Below, piece after piece: positions 33,751-42,233 of a stretch of DNA of 64,000 nucleotides; the first letter of the stretch is position 1; each line of letters starts with the position of its first letter. The stretch spans positions 9,899,271 to 9,963,270 of the forward strand of contig NC_052175.1 in the NCBI RefSeq assembly GCF_902713615.1. Direction: 5' to 3'. The notes beneath the pieces are model-generated. The model worked only from the letters and a program-made list of their open reading frames with translations. It had not been told where the DNA came from and searched no databases. Source of the stretch: Scyliorhinus canicula (taxonomy: Eukaryota). A program made the translations under genes and the position numbers.

Positions 33751-36636
33751 CTACACTATTCCATTTTCATCCATATGTCTATCCAGTGACCACTTAAATG
33801 CCCTTAAAGTTGGCGAGTCTACTACTATTGCAGGCAGGGTGTTCCACACCCCGACTACTCTCTGAGTAAAGAAACTGCCTCTGACATCTGTCCTATATCT
33901 CTCACCCCTCAATTTAAAGCTATGTCCCCTCGTGTTGGTCATCACCATCCGAGGAAAAAGACTCTCACTGTCCACCCTATCTAACCCTCTGACTATCTTA
34001 TATGTCTCTATTAAGTCACCTCTCAGCCTTCTCCTCTCTAACGAAAACAACCTCAATTCCCTGAGCCTTTCCTCGTAAGACCTTCCCTCCATACCAGGCA
34101 ACATCCTAGTAAATCTCCTCTGAACCCTTTCCAAAGCTTCCACATCCTTCCTATAATGTGGTGACCAGAACTGCACGCAGTACTCCAGGTGTGGCCGCAC
34201 CAGAGTTATGTACAGCTGCAGCATGACCTTGTGGTTCCGAAACTCAATCCCCCTGCTTATAAAGGCTAGCACACCATATGCCTTCTTAACAGCCCTATTA
34301 ACCTGGGTGGCAACTTTCAGGGATTTATGTACCTGGATGCCGAGATCTCTCTGTTCATCTACACTACCAAGAATCTTGCCATTAGCCCAGTACTCTGCAT
34401 TCCTGTTACTCCTTCCAAAGTGAACCACCTCACACTTTTCCGCATTAAACTCCATCTGCCACCTCTCAGCCCAGCTCTGCAGCTTATCTATGTCCCTCTG
34501 TATCCTATAACATCCTTCAGCACTATCCACAACTCCACCGACCTTCGTGTCATCTGCAAATTTACTAACCCATCCTTCTACACCCTCTTCCAGGTCATTT
34601 ATAAAAATGACAAACAGCAGTGGCCCCAAAACAGATCCTTGCGGTACACCACTTGTAACTGAACTCCAGGATGAACATTTGCCATCAACCACCACCCTCT
34701 GTCTTCTTTCAGCTAGCCAATTACTGATCCAAACCGCTAAATCACCTTCAATTCCATACTTCCTTATTTTCTGCAATAGCCTACCGTGGGGAACCTTATC
34801 AAACGCCTTACTGAAATCCATATACACCACATCAACAGCTTTACCCTGATCCACCTGTTTGGTCACCTTCTCAAAAAACTCAATAAGGTTTGTGAGACAT
34901 GACCTACCCTTCACAAAACCGTGTTGAGTATCGCTAATCAACTTGTTCTTTTCAAGATGATTATAAACCCTATCTCTTATAACCTTTTCCAACATTTTAC
35001 CCACAACCGAAGTAAGGCTCACAGGTCTATAATTACCAGGGTTGTCTCTACTCCCCTTCTTGAACAAGGGGACAACATTTGCTATCCTCCAGTCTTCCGG
35101 CACTATTCCTGTCGACAAAGACGACATAAAGATCAAGGACAAAGGCTCTGCAATCTCCTCCCTGGCTTCCCAGAGAATCCTAGGATAAATCCCATCTGGC
35201 CCAGGGGACTTATCTATTTTGACATTTTCTAAAATTGCTAACGCCTCCTCCTTTTGAACCTCAATTCCATCTAGCCTGGTCGACTGAACCTGAGTGTTCT
35301 CCTCGACAACATTGTCTTTCTCCAGTGTAAACACTGACGAAAAATATCCATTTAATGCTTCCCCTATCTCCTCTGATTCCACACACAACTTTCCACTACT
35401 ATCCTTGATTGGCCCTAATCTTACTCGAGTCATTCTTTTGTTCCTGATATACCTATAGAAAGCCTTAGGGTTTTCCTTGATCCTATCCGCCAACGACTTT
35501 TCGTGTCCTCTCCTCGCTCTTCTTAACTCTCCCTTTAGGTCCTTCCTGGCTAACTTGTAACTCTCAAGTGCCCTAACTGAGCCTTCATGTCTCATCCTAA
35601 CATAAGCCTTCTTCTTCCTCTTGACAAGTGCTTCAACTTCCTTAGTAAACCACGGCTCCCTTGCTCGACAACTTCCTCCCTGCCTGACAGGTACATACTT
35701 ATCAAGGACACGCAGTAGCTGTTCCTTGAAAAAGCTCCACATTTCGATTGTACCCATCCCCTGCAGTTTCCTTCCCCATCCTATACCTCCTAAATCTTGC
35801 CGAATAGCATCATAATTGCCTTTCCCCCAGCTATAATTCTTGCCTTGCGGTATATACCTATCCCTGCCCATTGCTAAAGTAAACATAACCGAGTTGTGAT
35901 CACTATCACCAAAGTGCTCACCTACATCTAAATCTAACACCTGGCCGGGTTCATTACCCAGTACCAAATCCAATGTGGCCTCGCCCCTTGTTGGACTGTC
36001 TACATACTGTGTCAGAAAACCTTCCTGCACACACTGCACAAAAACTGACCCATCTATAGTACTCGAACTATAGTATTTCCAGTCAATATTTGGAAAGTTA
36101 AAGTCCCCCATAACAACTACCCTGTTACTCTCGCTCCTGTCAAGAATCATCTTTCCAATCCTTTCCTCTACATCTCTGGGACTATTCGGAGGTCTATAGA
36201 CAACTCCCAACAGGGTGACCTCTCCTCTACTGTTCCTAACCTCGGCCCATACTGCCTCAGTAGACGAGTCCTCAAGCGTCCTTTCTACCGCCGTAATACT
36301 TTCCTTGATTAACAATGCCACACCCCCCCCTCTTTTACCATCTTCTCTGTTCTTACAGAAACATCTAAATCCTGGAACCTGCAACAACCATTCCTGTCCC
36401 TGCTCTACCCATGTCTCCGAAATCGCCACAACATCGAGATCCCAGGTACCAACCCATGCTGCAAGCTCACCCACCTTATTCCGGATGCTCCTGGCGTTGA
36501 AGTAGACACACTTCAAACCAGCGTCCTGCTTGCCGGTGCCCTCTTTCGAACTTTTAACCCTATCCCTGACCTCACTACTCTCAACATCCTGTACACTGGG
36601 ACTACAATTTAGGTTCCCATCCCCCTGCTGAATTAG
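33751..36636 (-). CDS. CR1 ORF2: APE endonuclease plus reverse transcriptase, uninterrupted; start non-canonical
   Basis: 921 codons from TTG at 36516 plus 40 open codons back to the ORF1 stop. EN motifs YFNARS, SETW, MGDFN, SDH; RT motifs GVPQGSVLGP, KFADDTK. First in-frame ATG is at 36150. Confidence 0.93.
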   Translation of the reverse strand, partial: LIQQGDGNLNCSPSVQDVESSEVRDRVKSSKEGTGKQDAGLKCVYFNARSIRNKVGELAAWVGTWDLDVVAISETWVEQGQEWLLQVPGFRCFCKNREDGKRGGGVALLIKESITAVERTLEDSSTEAVWAEVRNSRGEVTLLGVVYRPPNSPRDVEERIGKMILDRSESNRVVVMGDFNFPNIDWKYYSSSTIDGSVFVQCVQEGFLTQYVDSPTRGEATLDLVLGNEPGQVLDLDVGEHFGDSDHNSVMFTLAMGRDRYIPQGKNYSWGKGNYDAIRQDLGGIGWGRKLQGMGTIEMWSFFKEQLLRVLDKYVPVRQGGSCRAREPWFTKEVEALVKRKKKAYVRMRHEGSVRALESYKLARKDLKGELRRARRGHEKSLADRIKENPKAFYRYIRNKRMTRVRLGPIKDSSGKLCVESEEIGEALNGYFSSVFTLEKDNVVEENTQVQSTRLDGIEVQKEEALAILENVKIDKSPGPDGIYPRILWEAREEIAEPLSLIFMSSLSTGIVPEDWRIANVVPLFKKGSRDNPGNYRPVSLTSVVGKMLEKVIRDRVYNHLEKNKLISDTQHGFVKGRSCLTNLIEFFEKVTKQVDQGKAVDVVYMDFSKAFDKVPHGRLLQKIRKYGIEGDLAVWISNWLAERRQRVVVDGKCSSWSSVTSGVPQGSVLGPLLFVIFINDLEEGVEGWVSKFADDTKVGGVVDSAEGCYRIQRDIDKLQSWAERWQMEFNAEKCEVVHFGRSNRNAEYWANGKILGSVDEQRDLGIQVHKSLKVATQVNRAVKKAYGVLAFISRGIEFRNHKVMLQLYITLVRPHLEYCVQFWSPHYRKDVEALERVQRRFTRMLPGMEGRSYEERLRELRLFSLERRRLRGDLIETYKIVRGLDRVDSESLFPRMVMTNTRGHSFKLRGERYRTDVRGSFFTQRVVGVWNTLPAIVVDSPTLRAFKWSLDRHMDENGIV

Positions 36637-37568
36637 TTTAAACCCCCCCGAAGAGCACTAGCAAATCTCCCCCCCAGGATATTGGTACCCCTCTGGTTCA
36701 GGTGAAGACCATCCTGTTTGTAGAGGTCCCACCTACCCCAGAATGAGCCCCAATTATCCAGGAAACCAAAACCCTCCCTCCTGCACCATCCCTGTAGCCA
36801 CGTGTTCAACTCCTCTCTCTCCTTATTTCTCACTTCGCTAGCACGTGGCACGGGTAACAACCCAGAGATAACAACTCTGTTTGTTCTAGCTCTCAGCTTC
36901 CACCCTAGCTCCCTGAATTTCTGTCTCAAATCCCCATCTCTCTTCCTACCTATGTCGTTGGTACCTATGTGGACCACGACTTGGGGCTGCTCCCCCTCCC
37001 CCTTAAGGATCCCAAAAACACGATCAGAGACATCACGAACCCTGGCACCTGGGAGGCAACACACCAACCGTGAGTCTCTTTCGTTCCCACAGAACCTCCT
37101 GTCTGTTCCTCTAACTATGGAGTCCCCAATGACAAGTGCTCTGTTCCTCTTCTCCCTTCCCTTCTGAGCAACAGGGACAGACTCTGTGCCAGAGACCTGC
37201 GCCCTATTGCTTACCCCTGGTAAGTCGTCCCCCGCAACAGTATCCAAAACGGTATACTTGTTATAGAGGGGAACGACCACAGGGGATCCCTGCACTGCCT
37301 GCCGGTTCCCTCTCCCTCCCCTGACGGTAACCCATCTACTTTCTTCTTTTACCTGAGGTGTGACTACCTCCCTATAACTCCTCTCAATAACCTCCTCCGC
37401 CTCCCGAATGATCCGAAGTTCATCCAGCTCCAGCTCCAGGTCCCTAATGCGGCTCTCGAGGAGCTGGAGTTGGGTGCACTTCCCGCAGATGTAGTCAGAA
37501 GGGACACTAGAGGTGACCCATTCCTCCCACATTCTGCAGGAGGAACATTCAACTGCCCTAGCCTCCAT
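36633..37568 (-). CDS. CR1 ORF1p (zinc finger, leucine zipper, SGNH/GDSL esterase), 311 aa
   Basis: ATG at 37568; CSSC..CGKC, LELELDEL, IGDSIV, HIGTND, DGLHL; no stops. Confidence 0.93.
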   Translation of the reverse strand: MEARAVECSSCRMWEEWVTSSVPSDYICGKCTQLQLLESRIRDLELELDELRIIREAEEVIERSYREVVTPQVKEESRWVTVRGGRGNRQAVQGSPVVVPLYNKYTVLDTVAGDDLPGVSNRAQVSGTESVPVAQKGREKRNRALVIGDSIVRGTDRRFCGNERDSRLVCCLPGARVRDVSDRVFGILKGEGEQPQVVVHIGTNDIGRKRDGDLRQKFRELGWKLRARTNRVVISGLLPVPRASEVRNKEREELNTWLQGWCRREGFGFLDNWGSFWGRWDLYKQDGLHLNQRGTNILGGRFASALRGGLN

Positions 37569-37742
37569 TCCCACTGAACTAACTTCCCAACTACTGAAAA
37601 ATAAAAAAATAAAAAACTTGTTAGTTTAGCAATCCAATGGACAGAGCTTTTTTTTTTGGTTAGAGGAGGAGGATGGGTGGGAGACACTGCGTAAGTAGTG
37701 TTTCGGGTAAAGCTGTCACTCGAGAACAGCCCCTTCACAAAC

Positions 37743-39422
37743 CACCTTCAACTTACGCTGACCACACTGCACGTATGCAAATCTCCCCGGAACAGCCAAT
37801 CAGAAGCTCTGCTCTGCTGCCCTCTGTTGGATGCTCACCTTCCGTCGAACTCCTCGGGTCACTGATACAGGTGCACCTTCAACTTACGCTGACCGCACTG
37901 CACGTATGCAAATCTCCCCGGAACAGCCAATCAGAAGCTCTGCTCTGCTGCCCTCTGTTGGATGCTCACCTTCCGTCGAACTCCTCGGGTCACTGATACA
38001 GGTGCACCTTCAACTTACGCTGACCACACTGCACGTATGCAAATCTCCCCGGAACAGCCAATCAGAAGCTCTGCTCTGCTGCCCTCTGTTGGATGCTCAC
38101 CTTCCGTCGAACTCCTCGGGTCACTGATACAGGTGCACCTTCAACTTACGCTGACCACACTGCACGTATGCAAATCTCCCCGGAACAGCCAATCAGAAGC
38201 TCTGCTCTGCTGCCCTCTGTTGGATGCTCACCTTCCGTCGAACTCCTCGGGTCACTGATACAGGTGCACCTTCAACTTACGCTGACCACACTGCACGTAT
38301 GCAAATCTCCCCGGAACAGCCAATCAGAAGCTCTGCTCTGCTGCCCTCTGTTGGATGCTCACCTTCCGTCGAACTCCTCGGGTCACTGATACAGGTGCAC
38401 CTTCAACTTACGCTGACCACACTGCACGTATGCAAATCTCCCCGGAACAGCCAATCAGAAGCTCTGCTCTGCTGCCCTCTGTTGGATGCTCACCTTCCGT
38501 CGAACTCCTCGGGTCACTGATACAGGTGCACCTTCAACTTACGCTGACCACACTGCACGTATGCAAATCTCCCCGGAACAGCCAATCAGAAGCTCTGCTC
38601 TGCTGCCCTCTGTTGGATGCTCACCTTCCGTCGAACTCCTCGGGTCACTGATACAGGTGCACCTTCAACTTACGCTGACCACACTGCACGTATGCAAATC
38701 TCCCCGGAACAGCCAATCAGAAGCTCTGCTCTGCTGCCCTCTGTTGGATGCTCACCTTCCGTCGAACTCCTCGGGTCACTGATACAGGTGCACCTTCAAC
38801 TTACGCTGACCACACTGCACGTATGCAAATCTCCCCGGAACAGCCAATCAGAAGCTCTGCTCTGCTGCCCTCTGTTGGATGCTCACCTTCCGTCGAACTC
38901 CTCGGGTCACTGATACAGGTGCACCTTCAACTTACGCTGACCACACTGCACGTATGCAAATCTCCCCGGAACAGCCAATCAGAAGCTCTGCTCTGCTGCC
39001 CTCTGTTGGATGCTCACCTTCCGTCGAACTCCTCGGGTCACTGATATAGGTGCACCTTCAACTTACGCTGACCACACTGCACGTATGCAAATCTCCCCGG
39101 AACAGCCAATCAGAAGCTCTGCTCTGCTGCCCTCTGTTGGATGCTCACCTCTGTTGGATGCTCACCTTCCGTCGAACTCCTCGGGTCACTGATACAGGTG
39201 CACCTTCAACTTACGCTGACCACACTGCACGTATGCAAATCTCCCCGGAACAGCCAATCAGAAGCTCTGCTCTGCTGCCCTCTGTTGGATGCTCACCTTC
39301 CGTCGAACTCCTCGGGTCACTGATACAGGTGCACCTTCAACTTACGCTGACCACACTGCACGTATGCAAATCTCCCCGGAACAGCCAATCAGAAGCTCTG
39401 CTCTGCTGCCCTCTGTTGGATG
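37743..39422. repeat. Near-perfect tandem array, about 12.7 x 131 bp
   Basis: Units start at 37743, 37874, 38005, 38136, 38267, 38398, 38529, 38660, 38791, 38922, 39053, 39201 and 39332 (last one partial). Only two substitutions and one 17-bp duplication (39149-39165) were seen. Confidence 0.98.
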
Positions 39423-40209
39423 TGGTTATGTGGACATGTGGTTATGACTCTTTCATACAAAGTTGGTCGGTTGAGTTCGTTGTGGACGTAACTGAGATGC
39501 ATGAGGAGGTGAAACAATCCATCTTAGGTGCATATCAACTCGTGCCTGAAGCCAACAGACAAAGGTTCAGACATTTAAGGAAATAACCTGGTCACACATA
39601 CACAGTGTTTCATTGGATTAAACAGAGTAATTCTGATCGGTGAAGATCTTTGAAAATAGATAAAACGCATGAAGGCCATATAAAAAAAATTGGAGGAGTT
39701 TAAAAGTTCAATTTCTGATGTACTGAGAACCCATATGGAAGAGCAGAGGGTTCAAACTGAGAGATTAGCAGCAGAAATGGCAGATGATTATGAATTCGTT
39801 CACACATCAAATTTTGTTTTCCGACATCGGTTTCATCCGTGAAGGATAGAAGCTGGGGAAATAGAAATACCCAAGTGTAAAGGGAAAGAGATCTCATAGG
39901 AGACAGCCAAGATAGCGTACCTCAGATTTCAAAAGTAATCCAGGAGGGTGGTAGAGAAATAAAAGTTCCAGATGATTTTACTGTCATAAAGTAGGACATG
40001 TAAAGTCACAGTTAGATGTTTAAGAAAAGCACTCGGAAGGTTGATGTGGCAAAACAGGATAAGACAGTGGGGGTTTGTTAAGTGGTAAAGGAAAGTCCAC
40101 TTGAAGCAAGGGAGGTGCAAATTAATGTACAACCTGATGAGGAGGTGATTAATAAGAAGGTATAAGTTCTCTCGATATAATTTACTTGTGTGGTAACGTT
40201 TACTGATGT

Positions 40210-40545
40210 AGGGCAGCACGATAGCACAATCGCTTCACAGCTCCAGGGTCCCAGGTTCGATTCCGGCTTGGGTCGCTGTCTGTGCGGAGTCTGCACATCT
40301 TCCCTGTGTGTGCGTGGGTTTCCTCCGGGTGTTCCGGTTTCCTCCCACAGTCCAAAGATGTGCAAGTTAGGTGGATTGGACATGACAAATTGCCCTTTGA
40401 GTCCAAAATTGCCCTTAGTGTTGGGTGGGGTTACAACGTTATGCGGATAGGGTGGAGGTGTTAACCTTGGGTAGGGTGCTATTTCCAAGAGCCGGTGCAG
40501 ACTCGATGGGCCGAATGGCCTCCTTCTGCACTGTAAATTCTATGA
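40210..40545 (+). mobile_element. V-SINE with the second tail type, in Gypsy gag/pro
   Basis: GGGCAGCACGATAGCACAATCGC head; tail GCAGACTCGATGGGCCGAATGGCCTCCTTCTGCACTGTAAATTCTATGA. Confidence 0.93.
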
Positions 40546-41279
40546 TCTATACCAGGATGAGTAGGGAAACAAGTCAAACTTTTAAGAGCTGCGGAAGTTA
40601 GCAATCATTGATGGTAACAGATGAGGCGTTATGTAATTTGGAAGGAATATTGCCACAAACGGTCGTAATATGTTGAATCCAGGGTGAGAAGAATAGTGTT
40701 CCATTCGATAAGTTAAGGTTGGAGTGTGCAGTGAAGAGTGGTGAAGCGGCAGTAGGAGTAATAGATCAGACGTGGGAGTTATGCCTACTGTGGTTACGAA
40801 GCCAGTGGAAAATCAAATAAGTAAAGTGTTGAAGGACGAATATCCTGGGATTTTTCCGTATTGTATAGTAACAAGGTCGCAAAGTCATTGGTTAAGACAA
40901 GAGGAGAAACCAAAGATTCAAGATGAAGTTAAAGTTCAATTATCAGAAAAGATTTTTGATTGGATGGTTGGAAAAGAAGAAGGAAAGGTGGAGGATGAGG
41001 TGGACATTTTTTTTTCAGTGATGTTGGGAGAGTTACAACAGAAAAATATGGAAATAAAACAGATATATCAGAAAGCATGCAGGGAAGAAGATTCTGAGTG
41101 TATACCAGAATTGTATTACTTTAAACATGATGTCTTAATGAAAAAAAATGATACCTTTCCATATGCAGGCAGCTGAAACATTGGCAGAGGTTTATCAAGT
41201 GGTGTTGTGAGTCTCACACGAGATACCAATAGGAGGTCATTTGGAAATAAGGAAAATTCAAGCTATACATTGACAGCAG

Positions 41280-41392
41280 TGAATTTCAGGGGTGTCGGTT
41301 AGGTTGATCTCAGATTAGGATAAAGGGTAGGCACAACATCATGGGCTGAAGAGCCTGTACTGTGCTGTACTGTACTATGTTCCATGTTCTAA
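41280..41392 (+). mobile_element. Very short CR1 or SINE 3' tail insertion in integrase
   Basis: GGCACAACATCATGGGCTGAAGAGCCTGTACTGTGCTGTACTGTACTATGTTCC. Confidence 0.7.
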
Positions 41393-41679
41393 TACAAAAA
41401 CATTTTTATTAGTCTGGACAACATAAAGATGTGGTTAAATTTGATCCATGTCACACATGTCAAGTGACAGAGAAAACTCAAGTGGTGATAAAACCGGCGC
41501 CCTTTTTTCCCGTTCCCGCATTTAAGAATGCATTTACAATGGCCTGAATTGATTGCGTAGGACCTCTTCCTAAAACTAAATGTGGGAATCAATATCTTTT
41601 GACTCCAATGGGTGTGTCTACTAGGTTTCAAGATGACATTCCATTACGCAATATGACAGCTAAAAATATTTTTTTATTT

Positions 41680-42029
41680 TTACATAGTATTTACAGTGCA
41701 GAAGGAGGCCATTCGGCCCATCGAGTCTGCACCGGCTATTGGAAAGAGCATCCTACCCAAGGTCAACATCTCCACCCTATCCCCATAACCCAGTAATCCC
41801 ACCCAACACTGAGGGCAATTTTGGACTCGAAGGGCAATTTAACGTGTCAATCCACCTAACCTGCACATCTTTGGACTGTGGGAGGAAACCGGAGCACCCG
41901 GAGGAAACCCACACACACATGGCGAGGATGTGCAGACTCCGCACAGACAGTTGACCCAAGCCAAGAATCGAACCTGGGACCCTGGAGCTGTGAAGCGATT
42001 GTGCTATCCACAATGCTACCGTGCAGCCC
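41680..42029 (-). mobile_element. V-SINE with the second tail type, in Gypsy integrase
   Basis: Reverse complement begins GGGCTGCACGGTAGCATTGTGGATAGCACAATCGC; same family as 40210-40545. Confidence 0.93.
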
Positions 42030-42233
42030 AATTGGAGATTGTGGAGGAGTTACTTAAATGTTTAACTAGGTATGGACTACCGACAGAAATACAATCGGAT
42101 CAAGGATCAAATTTTACCTCGAGGTTATTCAAGGAGGTTATGGATAGCTTAGGAGTAAAACATGTTAATCAAATACGTACCATCGAGAATTGCAGGAGCG
42201 TGAGACAGGTACCATCAAACGTTAATGGAAAAT

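Larger units (their letters stand above)
33659..39422 (-). mobile_element. Full-length CR1/HER1-like LINE with intact ORF1 and ORF2 and a tandem-monomer 5' end
   Basis: Tail (CTATGTT)n at about 33655-33677, ORF2, ORF1, U-rich leader, then the 131-bp array. GGACAT is duplicated at 33653-33658 and 39432-39437, and gag rejoins across the insert. Confidence 0.95.
32023..42230 (+). mobile_element. Decayed Gmr1-like Gypsy element (LTR, PBS, SCAN-like gag, protease, integrase), split by insertions
   Basis: LTR 32023-32705; PBS TGGGTGCTCGTC at 32709. Gag resumes after the CR1 with EEVKQSILGAYQLVPEANRQRFR; knuckle remnant FYCHKVGHVKSQ at about 39980; protease remnant at about 40560. Integrase IDCVGPLPKTK.GNQYLLT (about 41550) and YGLPTEIQSDQGSNFTS (about 42070). 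Confidence 0.85.

Noticed and set aside
37673-39586. Series of identical 98-aa ORFs; CRISPR-like appearance of the array
   Set aside because: The ORFs are by-products of the 131-bp period and mostly rely on weak starts. There are no unique spacers and no cas genes, and the context is eukaryotic.
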